Shown: positions 30,356 through 41,238, numbered from the stretch's first letter. The stretch is DNA of 64,000 bases from Clostridium sp. UBA701 (GCA_002298125.1 DBMJ01000016.1:1-64000); one strand, 5' to 3'. Made by a program: numbers and translations. The notes: generated by a model not told the origin, from the sequence alone.

Positions 30356-32692
30356 ATGGTACAAAGGTATGGACTCAAAAATAAAGAGTCAGAAGAAAAG
30401 GTTATATTAAGAGAGGTGAGAATCAGCGGAAATGTCTGCGGAGAATTTGTTGAGCTATCCATGTCCCAAATATTTGAAAATACTGGAGATAAGGACATTG
30501 AAGGGGTATACATCTTCCCAATACCAGATACTGCTGTAATAACCGATTTTGAAGCTAATCTAGGGGGAAGAACCCTAAAGGCCAGAGTTGAAGAGAAGGA
30601 AAGAGCTCAGGAGGCCTATGAAGCCGCATTAGAAAGAGGAGACCGTGTACTCTCCTTAGAGGAAATAGATGATAATGTATTTAGAATAAATATCGGCAAG
30701 GTTTTAAGCAGTGAAAAGGTAAAGATAAAGGTTACCTACATAGATCAGCTTATATATGAAGAAGAAAATCTGATGCTTGTAGTACCTGCCATATTAAGCC
30801 CAAGACATGCCAGCTGTGGAGAGGAATTTATGGAAGAGTGTGAAGAGCAGGAGGAGGACTACAAGGTAAGCCTTAACTTATTAGTAGAACCCCTAAGCAG
30901 ACTTGATATAGAATCTCCTTCCCATGACATAGAAGTAGAATGGGATGAGGAAAAAAATCTTGCCAGAGTTAACCTGAAAAATGAAGAAACCTATCTTGAT
31001 GAGGATCTTGTGCTTTTACTTAAGGAAAGAGAACTGGTGGAAGCTAGCGGCATGCTCTATGAATATGAAGGTGAAGAAGAAAACAAGGGTGTACTGTATC
31101 TTAGAATAATACCAGATCTTGAGCAGGAGGAAAATGAGGAGCCAAATCACTATATATTTTTAATTGACATTTCTGAGACCATGGAGGGAGAAAAGCTGGA
31201 GGAGGCAAAGAATGCTCTTAGGCTTTGCATAAGAAATCTATCAGAGGGAGATACCTTTAATATAATAGCGGCAGAGGCTGAAAATCACCTCTTCTCAAAG
31301 AGTGGAAAGGTTCCCTTTAACCAGGAAAACCTTCAGCTTGCCTCTGATTGGATAGATAACCTTGAGGTTAAGGAAGATGCAGAAATCTTTGAAGCCTTAA
31401 AATACTGCTTAAGTGAAAAAAGTGAAAACGGCATAGGCACAATACTTATCTTTACTGACGACGAGGGAGAGCAGGACGAGGAGATAATTGAATATGTTAG
31501 AGAGAACATTAAGGATAATAGAATATTCCCCTTTGGTATAGATTCCTCTGCTAGCAGCTATCTCATAAACAAATTGGCTGAGGTAGGTCATGGAAGACCA
31601 GAATTTATTTATCAGGGTGAGAGAATTGACGACATGGTTATTAGACAATTTAGCAGGATTGAGAATCCCCAGATAGATGTTACAGAGATAAATTGGGGCT
31701 CCATGAAGGTAGAGAGAACCTATCCTAGAACTATTTCCTATCTGTACAACAATGAACCCTTCTCCATATTTGCCACAGTGGCTGGAGAGATTGAAGGGAA
31801 AATTACCCTTAAGGGCATGGTTTATGATAAGCCCTATGAAAAGGTAATAAACCTTGACGTTCTGGACCTTGAAGAAAATGCTGATCTAGTTCAGAAGGTA
31901 TGGATGAGAAAGAGAATTGAATCCATAGAAGAGAGACTAAGAGGAGAAAAGGGCCAAGTGGCACAGGCTATGAAGGATAAGATCATAGAGCTGTCTCAGG
32001 AATCTGGAATAATAAGTACCTATACCTCCTTCGTAATGGTGGAGCAGATGGAGGAGCCTCTTTTAGGAATGGTTATGAGCCACATAATACCTATGGAAAT
32101 CTCTGAGGAAGCCTTAAAAAACATTACAGAAGCTTACTTTATTGAATCTCCAAGCTTCATATATAAGTCTCTATATAACGGAAGAACAGCTGTTAAACAG
32201 GATAAGAGCTCAGAGTCTAATAAATATAGAAGAGATAATATCCTAAGAACCCTTGCAAGAAATCAATTTGCAGATGGAGCCTTTGCAAACTACCATGATA
32301 AGGATGAGGATATTGTTCTTGAGACCACCTCAGCTGCTGTGCTGGCCTTTACCCTAGGTAAGGAGGATTTATCCCTATATAGCAATCAGATATTAAAGTC
32401 CGTTAAGTTTATAGTAAAGACTTTAGAGGAGAAGACTGTAAGTGAAAAGACCAAGGAGCTTGCTATATTAGCCTTAAAGTCTGCAGCAGACAGAAACTTA
32501 GCAAAGGGAGGCTTTAAGCAGGCAATAGGAGAAAAGTACACCTCAAGCCTTTCTGGCATCAATATAAAGGAAAAGGTGGCTGCTCTGCTGGAGCTAGTGG
32601 ATGAAGACGACATAATAGAGAGAGCTATAATGGAGGAGAAATTTGCCATTAATACCCTGGCGAAGCTGGCAATTTTAAGAGCCCTCAAATAG
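30356..32692 (+). CDS. cytoplasmic VIT (vault/inter-alpha-trypsin) + von Willebrand A domain protein with C-terminal alpha/alpha-toroid-like repeats
   Basis: 778 aa; no signal peptide; VIT-like N-terminus; vWA MIDAS motif DISET; C-terminal FADGAF..TSAAVLAF.. repeats reminiscent of prenyltransferase/terpene-cyclase folds. Confidence 0.7.
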   Translation: MVQRYGLKNKESEEKVILREVRISGNVCGEFVELSMSQIFENTGDKDIEGVYIFPIPDTAVITDFEANLGGRTLKARVEEKERAQEAYEAALERGDRVLSLEEIDDNVFRINIGKVLSSEKVKIKVTYIDQLIYEEENLMLVVPAILSPRHASCGEEFMEECEEQEEDYKVSLNLLVEPLSRLDIESPSHDIEVEWDEEKNLARVNLKNEETYLDEDLVLLLKERELVEASGMLYEYEGEEENKGVLYLRIIPDLEQEENEEPNHYIFLIDISETMEGEKLEEAKNALRLCIRNLSEGDTFNIIAAEAENHLFSKSGKVPFNQENLQLASDWIDNLEVKEDAEIFEALKYCLSEKSENGIGTILIFTDDEGEQDEEIIEYVRENIKDNRIFPFGIDSSASSYLINKLAEVGHGRPEFIYQGERIDDMVIRQFSRIENPQIDVTEINWGSMKVERTYPRTISYLYNNEPFSIFATVAGEIEGKITLKGMVYDKPYEKVINLDVLDLEENADLVQKVWMRKRIESIEERLRGEKGQVAQAMKDKIIELSQESGIISTYTSFVMVEQMEEPLLGMVMSHIIPMEISEEALKNITEAYFIESPSFIYKSLYNGRTAVKQDKSSESNKYRRDNILRTLARNQFADGAFANYHDKDEDIVLETTSAAVLAFTLGKEDLSLYSNQILKSVKFIVKTLEEKTVSEKTKELAILALKSAADRNLAKGGFKQAIGEKYTSSLSGINIKEKVAALLELVDEDDIIERAIMEEKFAINTLAKLAILRALK

Positions 32693-32716
32693 TATTGGTG
32701 TATATCTTAGACAGCT

Positions 32717-32748
32717 TATTATGAAATAGGCTGTCTTTTTACGTCAAT
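32717..32748 (+). terminator. intrinsic terminator (AGACAGCttattatgaaatagGCTGTCTTTTT)
   Basis: stem + T5. Confidence 0.6.
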
Positions 32749-32898
32749 AACAATTTACAGAATATTACGAAAAATTACAATATTATATTAAACATACAAA
32801 TTTTATAAAATATTCTTGTATTTTTCAAAAAAAATAGCAGGAATTAGAATATTTATGTATAATATATTATGGAATACTTGGTGAATAATTGTATTTAA

Positions 32899-34170
32899 TT
32901 GTTAGGACAATGGGATGGAGATGAGCTAGGAGTGCTTGGTCAATACAATATCATGGAAGAGAAGACAGTGTCAAAGCCTTTAGGATATAAGGACTCTAAT
33001 GAATTAAACATGGAGCTGCTCTATAAAGCCTATATGGCAATACCAACTCCTCTTCTGGTAATAGATGAGAAAATGGATATCATTTTTATCAATCCAGAAG
33101 GGGATAAATTACTTTTTAACTATCGCCATGGAGAGGCTAAGGGAAATGTATGTAAGCTTTTCCTCTCAGATGTGACCTTTCTCCTCAGTGATTCTATGGA
33201 GGAAGAGGAGATAAGCTACTGCAAGTCTTTTTTTGTAGGTGAAAGCAAGAGATATTTTGAAGTAATCCTAAAAAGACTGTCTACCTTTAATAAAAGGAAT
33301 TACTATCTGCTTCTGTTACATGAGTTGAGTCCCTCACTTAACACCTCTGATGATGAACGTGAAAAGGAGCTCATGGAGAAGGTTCAATATGAGAAAATAA
33401 AAAATGAATTCTTTGCAAATATATCCCATGAATTTAGAACCCCGCTAAATATTATTTACAGCTCCCTGCAGGTAATGGACTTATATGTGATGAAAAACCC
33501 ATTGTTATCAAATATGAAAAAGTATCTATCTGTTATGAAAAAGAACTGCTTTAGGCTGCTGCGCCTTACCAGGAATCTTATGGATATAACCAGCATGGAT
33601 GTAGGTTTTTTTGAAATTCATCCCTGTAATTTAAATATTGTAAGCATAGTTGAGGATGTAACCTTATCCGTGGTAAAGTACTGCAAGAACAAAGAAATTG
33701 ACTTGGTTTTTGACACTGACGTGGAGGAGAAGGTTATTGCTTGTGATGAAGATGTTGTAGAGAGGATAATGTTAAATTTAATTTCTAATGCTCTTAAATT
33801 CACTCCAAGAAAAGGAACTATTGAGGTTAATCTTAAGGATAAGGGCAAGTGGATTAGTATTTCTGTTAAGGACAATGGAATGGGTATTGAAGAGTGCAAG
33901 CAAAAGTGTATCTTTGAGAGATTTAGACAGGTGGACAAGTCTTTTACCCGTAATACAGAAGGCAGTGGTGTTGGACTTTCTATTGTAAAACAACTTGTAG
34001 AATTACACGGCGGCACCATAACTTTAAATAGTAAATATGGCAAGGGCAGTGAATTCATAGTAGAGCTTCCGGCAAGGTATTTAAAGGAAGAGGAGATGGA
34101 CTGCAGCTTCGAGAGAGAAAGCTTTACAGAAAAAAATATAAACATAGAGCTTTCAGATTTATATGAATAG
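32899..34170 (+). CDS. soluble PAS-domain sensor histidine kinase (HisKA + HATPase_c), orphan
   Basis: H-box FANISHEFRTPLN; N, G1 (VKDNGMGI) and G2 (GSGVGLSIV) boxes; no TM; no response regulator nearby; ORF-track start is TTG, true start uncertain (ATG at 32953 possible). Confidence 0.8.
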   Translation: MLGQWDGDELGVLGQYNIMEEKTVSKPLGYKDSNELNMELLYKAYMAIPTPLLVIDEKMDIIFINPEGDKLLFNYRHGEAKGNVCKLFLSDVTFLLSDSMEEEEISYCKSFFVGESKRYFEVILKRLSTFNKRNYYLLLLHELSPSLNTSDDEREKELMEKVQYEKIKNEFFANISHEFRTPLNIIYSSLQVMDLYVMKNPLLSNMKKYLSVMKKNCFRLLRLTRNLMDITSMDVGFFEIHPCNLNIVSIVEDVTLSVVKYCKNKEIDLVFDTDVEEKVIACDEDVVERIMLNLISNALKFTPRKGTIEVNLKDKGKWISISVKDNGMGIEECKQKCIFERFRQVDKSFTRNTEGSGVGLSIVKQLVELHGGTITLNSKYGKGSEFIVELPARYLKEEEMDCSFERESFTEKNINIELSDLYE

Positions 34171-34177
34171 TAAAAGT

Positions 34178-34218
34178 GTTAACTCATACCCAGAGGACTA
34201 ACTTTGAGTATGAGTTAA
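34178..34218 (+). terminator. intrinsic terminator after the kinase gene (GTTAACTCATAC...GTATGAGTTAAC)
   Basis: 12-bp stem followed by TTTTATTT. Confidence 0.6.
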
Positions 34219-34226
34219 TTTTATTT

Positions 34227-34280
34227 AAAAATGCCAGAAGAGAAGTACGAGGGGGACTCATAACATTTCTTCTGGCAGGG
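34227..34280 (-). terminator. intrinsic terminator for the PilZ gene (TGCCAGAAG...CTTCTGGCA, with T-run on minus strand)
   Basis: 9-bp stem with A5 on plus strand immediately 5' of it. Confidence 0.5.
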
Positions 34281-34298
34281 GGGGAATGTGAAATTCAT

Positions 34299-34952
34299 TT
34301 ACTCTAATTTGGCAATTACATAGGCTGAGAGAGCTTGTCTTTGTTCATCTATTAAATTGACAAATTGAAGGGCTGTCCTATATATAAAGGTTCTGGCAGC
34401 TTCAGTTCTCACTACTCTAGCCATTAGTAGTATATTGCTCTCAAGAGGTATCTGAAGCAAAACTAAATCCCCTTCCTTATACTCTATATGGGTTTGTATT
34501 CTAATGCCTCCTGCACTTAAGTCGATTGCAGGAGTTCTTATCATGTTGTTTGTGCTTTTAAATCTCTTTGGTATAGCTTCAATGGAGGAGCTTTCAAGAT
34601 ACCCTGGAAGCAGTGCGTAATAAATCGGAGCTTCATAGGTTACTCTTATATAGTTTCTTCTCTCTACCCTGCTCTCTACATTGGGATCGCTAAATACAAG
34701 GGTGAGCTCATCATTTCCATGCTTAATTCCAATAATTTTGGAGCTAAAGCATACATATTCCTCCTCCAGGTGTGCAGAAAAGCCTACCATCTCACCATTT
34801 TCTATGTTGGTAAGCACTTCATCCTTGGGTATATCAAAGGTAGCTAAAAAGAAATAGGGAAATATCCTTATTATGGTACCTTCATAAATTTTCTGCTTAT
34901 AAGAAAGCATAATTATGAGCTGTTCTTTAAGACTGTTACTGCCTAATACCAT
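34299..34952 (-). CDS. PilZ-domain c-di-GMP-binding protein (YcgR-like flagellar brake architecture)
   Basis: 217 aa; RRNYIR (RxxxR) and D.SAGG(IR) PilZ motifs. Confidence 0.7.
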   Translation of the reverse strand: MVLGSNSLKEQLIIMLSYKQKIYEGTIIRIFPYFFLATFDIPKDEVLTNIENGEMVGFSAHLEEEYVCFSSKIIGIKHGNDELTLVFSDPNVESRVERRNYIRVTYEAPIYYALLPGYLESSSIEAIPKRFKSTNNMIRTPAIDLSAGGIRIQTHIEYKEGDLVLLQIPLESNILLMARVVRTEAARTFIYRTALQFVNLIDEQRQALSAYVIAKLE

Positions 34953-35152
34953 TTTTCATCACCACCCAATATTTATAGTTAAATTATACCACACATAAGT
35001 TAAATGTAAAATTAAATTTCATTAAATATTTAATTAAAAATAAAAAAATATACAAAATCTTTGCTTTTGGGGTTCTTGTAGGGAAAGATAAATATTGGTA
35101 ACATATAAGTATATGATTAATTTGAGGTTTTTGTTTTACAGGAGATGGAGTA

Positions 35153-35926
35153 ATGATAAGAAGAATTGAAAAGGCTCATTATGAGGTGCTTGTAGATTTT
35201 TTAAGCACAGCTAAAGAATATAATCAGTATCCCTTAGGCTATCTATATCAATATGGACTTGAGGACCCTAAGCTAAGCTTCTACGGCGATTTTACTGAAG
35301 ATGAGCTTAAAGCTGTGGTGATGAAGTATTTTGACTATGTGGTATTTTATGGACATAACTGTGACTATGAAGGTATTGGAGATCTCATTATGAAGCTGGG
35401 CTTTACCATGCTTGGAGGGAAAGCGGAGCTTATGGTGCCACTAGAGCCTTACATAAAATATGGAGAACATGAAAATGCTCACTACTGTAAGCTTGAAAAG
35501 CTAAGCTTAGAAAAAAAGGATTCTAAGGGAAGGGTTAAGGCCATGAAGGGCAGAGAACTCTTAGGGGTTATTGAGCATTATAATCTAATAAAAGAATTTC
35601 ATAACACCAAAAGAGATAATGAAGCATTAAGATATAAGCTTGAAAAGGGCTGTGACAGGGGATATTACTATGAGGAGAATGGTGAGGTTACAGCAGCGGT
35701 GCAAAGTGCTGCAGAATATGCCGAAGGAGCCATGGTGGTATGGGTGAGCAGCAGTCCAAGACATAGAGGAAGGGGACATCTTTCTGCTTGTCTATATAAA
35801 CTTTGTGCAGAACTTAGAGCTGAAAATAAAAATGTATATCTTTATTATTATAATGAAAAAGCAGGTTCAATCTATAGACGCCTAGGCTTTAACACCATAG
35901 GATACTGGGCTCTTTATATGAACTAA
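35153..35926 (+). CDS. GNAT-family N-acetyltransferase-like protein
   Basis: 257 aa; C-terminal motif A-like RHRGRGHLSA and YRRLGF. Confidence 0.5.
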   Translation: MIRRIEKAHYEVLVDFLSTAKEYNQYPLGYLYQYGLEDPKLSFYGDFTEDELKAVVMKYFDYVVFYGHNCDYEGIGDLIMKLGFTMLGGKAELMVPLEPYIKYGEHENAHYCKLEKLSLEKKDSKGRVKAMKGRELLGVIEHYNLIKEFHNTKRDNEALRYKLEKGCDRGYYYEENGEVTAAVQSAAEYAEGAMVVWVSSSPRHRGRGHLSACLYKLCAELRAENKNVYLYYYNEKAGSIYRRLGFNTIGYWALYMN

Positions 35927-36021
35927 AGTATTATATTAGAATAGTCTTTCATTACACGGGGTAATTTAAGTAATAATCCCGTTTGATAGATAAATAATTT
36001 AAAGCTAAAGGGGGCTAAATT

Positions 36022-38949
36022 ATGATACCAGTAATAGGACAGAGCATGGAAGGCTTCAAATTGATATCCAAGGAGAAGGTCAATGAAATAAATTCTACCT
36101 CCTGGATTTTTCTACACGAAAAAAGTGGGGCAAAACTCATGTTTCTTCAAAATGAAGAGGATAATAAAGTATTCTCTATAGCCTTTAGAACACCACCAGA
36201 GGATAGCACAGGAGTGGCCCATATACTAGAGCACTCTGTACTATGCGGCTCTAGAAAGTTTCCTGTAAAGGAACCCTTTGTGGAGCTTATTAAGGGCTCA
36301 CTTAATACCTTTTTAAATGCCATGACCTTTTCTGACAAGACCATGTATCCTGTGGCCAGCAGAAATGAAAAGGACTTTTACAATCTCATGGATGTATATC
36401 TTGATGCTGTTTTTTATCCAAACATCCATGAGGTGCCAGAGATTATGCTGCAGGAGGGCTGGCATTACCATATTGAAAAGCCAGAGGATGAAATTACCAT
36501 AAAGGGTGTAGTATACAATGAAATGAAGGGTGCCTTCTCTTCTCCTGAGGGAATTTTAATGAGAAAGATTCAGGAGTCGCTTTTCCCAGATACCCCCTAT
36601 GGAGTGGAGTCTGGCGGAGATCCAGAGGTGATACCTAATCTTACTCAGGAGCAGTTTAATTCCTTCCATAAGAAGTATTACCATCCATCCAATAGCTACA
36701 TCTATCTCTATGGGAACATGGATATGGAAAAGACCCTAAAGTTTATAAATGACAATTATCTTTCAGCTTTTGACAAGCTTGAGATACATTCAGAAATTGG
36801 TCTTCAGAAGCCCTTTGAGAATATGAGGACTATGTTAGTTGATTACCCTGTATCCTCCAATGAAAAATTAGAGGATAAAACCTTTATGAGCTTAAACTTC
36901 TGTACAGGCAGCTCCACCAACCCAGAGGAATATCTTGCCCTTGATATTTTAGAGCATTTGCTTTTAGAGACACCTGCTTCCCCTCTAAAAAAGGCCCTGC
37001 TGGAGGCTAAGCTTGGCAAGGATGTATTTGGGATATATGACAACAGCATTCGTCAGCCCTACCTTGGAGTAGTTGTTAAAAACTCTAATGAGGCCGAGGC
37101 GGAGACCTTCAAAACTGTGGTAATGGATTGCTTAAGAGACCTAGTAAATAAGGGTATAGATAAAAAAATGCTGGAGTCTGTTATAAATATAAAGGAATTT
37201 GCCCTTCGTGAAGCAGATTACAGTGGATATCCAAAGGGCTTAGTCTACCACATTAAGACCATGGACAGCTGGCTCTATGACAGTGATCCAAATATGCATT
37301 TAAAGTATGAAAATATACTAAAGACCATAAAGCAGGGTGCGAAGGAGAGATATTTTGAAGAGCTAATTGAAAAATATATCTTAAAGAATCCTCACAGCTC
37401 TATGGTAATTGTAAGACCTGCAAGAGGCATAGAGGAGAGAAAATCTGAAGAGATGAGACAAAAGCTTTCAGCCTTTAAGGCCTCCCTATCAAAGGAACAG
37501 CTCCTAGACCTTGTTAAAAACACTGAGAAGCTTTTAAGCAGGCAGAATGCTCCAGACAGCAAGGAAGCTTTAGAGAGCATTCCACTGCTTTCACTAGAGG
37601 ATATAAATAAGAACATAGAGGTGCTGCCTATTGAGGATAGGAGCATTAAGGGAAGTAAGCTCCTATATCATGATGTGTTTACCAGCGGCATAGCCTATAT
37701 TAATTTATACTTTGATGGAGCGGTGCTTCCGGAGGAGCTCATACCCTATGGCTCGCTGCTATGCTACTGTCTAGGAAAGGTTGCAACGGATAAGAGAAGC
37801 TATGAGGACCTATCTCAGGAGATAAACCTTCATACGGGAGGTATAAATTTCAATTTAAGAGCCTTTAGCGCAGCCTATGCAGATGAAAGATATTATCCTA
37901 AGGCAGTGGTGAGCTCAAAGGTCATGGTAGAAAAGCTTCCAAGGCTTATGGAGCTTTTAGCAGAGCTGTTATCAGACAGCAACTTTGAGGATACCAGCAG
38001 GCTAAAGGAAATCATCATGGAAGTTCGTTCTAGAATGGAAATGGGGATAATCCAAGCTGGCCACAGGATAGCAGCAAATCATACCCTATCTTATTTCTCT
38101 CCTGTGGGAGCCTATGAAGAAAAGGTTAAGGGCTTAGATTTTTACAAATTTGTGGAGGGACTTGAGAAGAGCTTTGAGGAAAGAGCAATAGATATAAGTG
38201 ATAAGCTTAAAAAGACCATGAGCTATCTATTTAATACACATAACCTAATCATAGGAGTAACCATAGATAGAGCTGAGTACCACAAGGTGGAGGAGGTACT
38301 TCCTACGTTGCTTTCAAAGCTTGGGAAGGTTATTCATCCAAAGCAGAGCTATGTACTAAACCCTGTTAACAAAAATGAAGGTTTGATTACCTCCTCTAAG
38401 GTGCAATATTGTGCTAAGGCCTATAACTTTATAAGAATGGGCTATGAATATAGTGGAGTGCTTCAGGTAGTGAGAACTATAGGCAGTTTAGATTATCTGT
38501 GGAACATAGTGAGAGTAAAGGGTGGAGCCTATGGCTGCAGTGCCTCCTTTAGCAGAAATGGAAACATGTTTATGACCTCTTACCGTGACCCTAACCTATC
38601 TGACACCTTTAAGGCCTATGATGAAATGGCAAATTATCTGGAGGCTTTTGAACCAGATGAAAGAGAAATGACAAAATACATCATTGGTACCATAAGTGAT
38701 TTAGATTCACCCCTAAGTCCAGCCATGAAGGGTGAAGTGTCTGATGCTCGATATATCAGTGGAATCACTGAGGAGAATCTTCAGAAGGAAAGAGATGAAG
38801 TGCTCTCTGCTAATGTAGATAAGATTCGCGGAGCCGCAGCACTAATACGTGACTGTATGGCAAAGAACTATGTTTGTGTTATTGGCAGTGAGGAAAAGCT
38901 AAAGAAGGAAAAGGACCTCTTTGAAGTATTAATAGACCTGTTTGAATAG
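36022..38949 (+). CDS. M16-family zinc metallopeptidase, insulinase/presequence-protease (PreP)-like, ~975 aa
   Basis: Inverted zinc motif HILEHSVLCGSRKFP (HxxEH) near N-terminus; length and domain order match M16C. Confidence 0.85.
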   Translation: MIPVIGQSMEGFKLISKEKVNEINSTSWIFLHEKSGAKLMFLQNEEDNKVFSIAFRTPPEDSTGVAHILEHSVLCGSRKFPVKEPFVELIKGSLNTFLNAMTFSDKTMYPVASRNEKDFYNLMDVYLDAVFYPNIHEVPEIMLQEGWHYHIEKPEDEITIKGVVYNEMKGAFSSPEGILMRKIQESLFPDTPYGVESGGDPEVIPNLTQEQFNSFHKKYYHPSNSYIYLYGNMDMEKTLKFINDNYLSAFDKLEIHSEIGLQKPFENMRTMLVDYPVSSNEKLEDKTFMSLNFCTGSSTNPEEYLALDILEHLLLETPASPLKKALLEAKLGKDVFGIYDNSIRQPYLGVVVKNSNEAEAETFKTVVMDCLRDLVNKGIDKKMLESVINIKEFALREADYSGYPKGLVYHIKTMDSWLYDSDPNMHLKYENILKTIKQGAKERYFEELIEKYILKNPHSSMVIVRPARGIEERKSEEMRQKLSAFKASLSKEQLLDLVKNTEKLLSRQNAPDSKEALESIPLLSLEDINKNIEVLPIEDRSIKGSKLLYHDVFTSGIAYINLYFDGAVLPEELIPYGSLLCYCLGKVATDKRSYEDLSQEINLHTGGINFNLRAFSAAYADERYYPKAVVSSKVMVEKLPRLMELLAELLSDSNFEDTSRLKEIIMEVRSRMEMGIIQAGHRIAANHTLSYFSPVGAYEEKVKGLDFYKFVEGLEKSFEERAIDISDKLKKTMSYLFNTHNLIIGVTIDRAEYHKVEEVLPTLLSKLGKVIHPKQSYVLNPVNKNEGLITSSKVQYCAKAYNFIRMGYEYSGVLQVVRTIGSLDYLWNIVRVKGGAYGCSASFSRNGNMFMTSYRDPNLSDTFKAYDEMANYLEAFEPDEREMTKYIIGTISDLDSPLSPAMKGEVSDARYISGITEENLQKERDEVLSANVDKIRGAAALIRDCMAKNYVCVIGSEEKLKKEKDLFEVLIDLFE

Positions 38950-38957
38950 CTTGCAAA

Positions 38958-38990
38958 AAGTCTGCAGAGAAATCTGCAGGCTTTTTTATT
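38958..38990 (+). terminator. intrinsic terminator (CTGCAGAgaaaTCTGCAGgcTTTTTTATTT)
   Basis: stem + T-run. Confidence 0.6.
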
Positions 38991-39101
38991 TAAAACTATT
39001 ATATAGCCATTAATTATTTGGTATACTTATTGCCACAAGTTAGTGGAAAAAGAATGCCCTTTTAATACTGAAGGGGTAAATATATAATTTAGATAAAGAG
39101 G

Positions 39102-41219
39102 GTGATCACCATTTTAGATGAAAGAACTTTTAAAATCTTAAAAATGCTGCTAGATTCTAATGCACCTATTAAAATTTCAGAAATTTCAAAAACATTAGGG
39201 GTTAGCAACAGGACTTTAAGATATGATTTAGACCGCATAGATGACTTTCTAAATGATAAAAAATTGCCACAACTAAACAGAAAGCCCGGTCTTGGCATTG
39301 AGTACTCTCCTTCGCCCGAAAAAAGACAGTTGGTGAAGGATATATTGAGGGAGCTCAATGTAAACTCATACATCCTCTCCAAGCAAGAAAGGGTAAACAT
39401 AATATTAAGTGAGCTTCTGCAGCAGAAAAATTATATAACAATTGATTATATTGCAGATAAGCTTATGGTAAGCAGAAGTACTGTACTAAAGGATCTTGAG
39501 GAGATAAGGGAGTGGCTGAAAAAGTATAATTTAAATTTAAAATCTACTCCTAGGCATGGAATAATGGCAGAGGGTGAAGAAAAAAGATTAAGAAGGGCTG
39601 CCATGAGACTTTTGATAGAGGCTATGGACATAGACAGCGCTTTGGATTTTGTAAAATCTCCTGTATATATGAAAAACCATTCTAAAGTGGAAGGCACTAT
39701 AGCAAATCTTTTCAGTGATATGGATATACCCTTTATTGAAATTGCAGTACAGGAGTCAGAAAGGGAGCTTAATACAGTATTTTCCGATGAAGCCTATTCA
39801 AACTTAGTTTTGCATATAGCAATAGCTATAAAGAGGATACAACAGGGCAGAGACATAGCTATGCCCCGGGAGGAGCTTAATGCGCTAAAGAGTACTAGAG
39901 AATATAAGGTAGCCTGCAGTTTAGTAGATAAGCTATCAAAGGGTTTTAAAATAATCATTCCAGAAGAGGAGATTGGATACATTACTGTGCACTTTTTGGG
40001 CAGCAGTATAACAAAGATTAATCGAGCTGAGGCCGAGAATTGGCTGGAGCTGCACCTTATTACTAATGAAATACTAAAAAGAGCAGCAGAAGAATTAGGG
40101 CAGGAGATGGGGAAGGATGAGCAGCTATTTAGGGGGTTATTAGAGCACTTAAGGCCTGCAGTCTATAGATTAAAAAATGACCTCACACTTAAAAATCCTC
40201 TTCTTAAGGAAATAAAACGTGATTATAGTGAACTCTTTACACAGGTTAAAGGCTTTATGTTACCCTTTGAGCAATATGTTGGTAAGAGCTTAAACGAAGA
40301 AGAAATTGGATATCTAACTATGCACTTTGGAGCTGCACTAGAGAGGGTACTTAACAGAAACACCCATAGGATGAATATTCTATTGGTATGTGGTACAGGG
40401 CTTGGGACAGCTAAGCTGCTAGATACCAGGATAAGAGCTCACTTTAATGTGAATATTGTAGATACAGTATCCTATAGGCAGATTGATGAGGCAGCCATTA
40501 ACAAGGCCGTAGATTTGATTGTTACTACGGTTCCGCTTAACAAACAGGAGATTCCATGGGTTAAGGTGAATGCACTTTTACCGGAAGAGGATGTTAAAAT
40601 ACTGAGCACCTATATTAACACTCCTAAAAGCTTCAGTAAGGAGCTGGATGAGCTTATAAGCATAATTGAAAGCTACTGTGAGGTGAAGGATTACAACCAA
40701 CTAAACACAAGACTGTCAACTTTTTTAAATATCAGTAATAAGGAAGTGGAAAGGAGAACCATAACACCTATGCTAAAAGAGGTATTAAAAGCTGAATATA
40801 TAGAACTAAACGTTGTTGCAAATAACTGGGAAGAAGCAGTAAGAGCAGGAGGTGAGCTATTAAGAAAAAATGATTGCATAGAGAGCAGATATATCGATGA
40901 AACCGTAAAAGCTGTAAAGGAGATTGGCCCATATATTGTAATTGCCCCAGGCATTGCCATGCCTCATGCCAGGCCAGAATTGGGTGTGAAGAAAATTGGG
41001 ATGAGCCTTATTTCTTTAAAGGAGCCAGTATGCTTTGGTAATAAGGATAATGACCCAGTGAGAATAGTCATAACAGTATGTGCTGTAGACCATTCCTCTC
41101 ACCTTAAAGCGTTATCTGAGCTGGTAGAATTCCTGCGAGATGAGAAATTTATAGATACTGTACTGAATACTATGGACAAGGAACACATTGTAAGCTATAT
41201 AAACTCAAAAAGTAATTAA
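39102..41219 (+). CDS. PRD-domain transcriptional regulator (BglG/MtlR/LicR family: HTH, Mga-like, 2x PRD, EIIB-like, C-terminal EIIA-like domain)
   Basis: 705 aa; PRD His motifs (LHIAIAI, LTMHFGAA), EIIB(Gat)-like CGTGLGTAKLL, EIIA(Mtl/Fru)-like C-terminus; GTG start. Confidence 0.8.
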   Translation: MITILDERTFKILKMLLDSNAPIKISEISKTLGVSNRTLRYDLDRIDDFLNDKKLPQLNRKPGLGIEYSPSPEKRQLVKDILRELNVNSYILSKQERVNIILSELLQQKNYITIDYIADKLMVSRSTVLKDLEEIREWLKKYNLNLKSTPRHGIMAEGEEKRLRRAAMRLLIEAMDIDSALDFVKSPVYMKNHSKVEGTIANLFSDMDIPFIEIAVQESERELNTVFSDEAYSNLVLHIAIAIKRIQQGRDIAMPREELNALKSTREYKVACSLVDKLSKGFKIIIPEEEIGYITVHFLGSSITKINRAEAENWLELHLITNEILKRAAEELGQEMGKDEQLFRGLLEHLRPAVYRLKNDLTLKNPLLKEIKRDYSELFTQVKGFMLPFEQYVGKSLNEEEIGYLTMHFGAALERVLNRNTHRMNILLVCGTGLGTAKLLDTRIRAHFNVNIVDTVSYRQIDEAAINKAVDLIVTTVPLNKQEIPWVKVNALLPEEDVKILSTYINTPKSFSKELDELISIIESYCEVKDYNQLNTRLSTFLNISNKEVERRTITPMLKEVLKAEYIELNVVANNWEEAVRAGGELLRKNDCIESRYIDETVKAVKEIGPYIVIAPGIAMPHARPELGVKKIGMSLISLKEPVCFGNKDNDPVRIVITVCAVDHSSHLKALSELVEFLRDEKFIDTVLNTMDKEHIVSYINSKSN

Positions 41220-41238
41220 TGGATAAGGGGGAAAAAGA

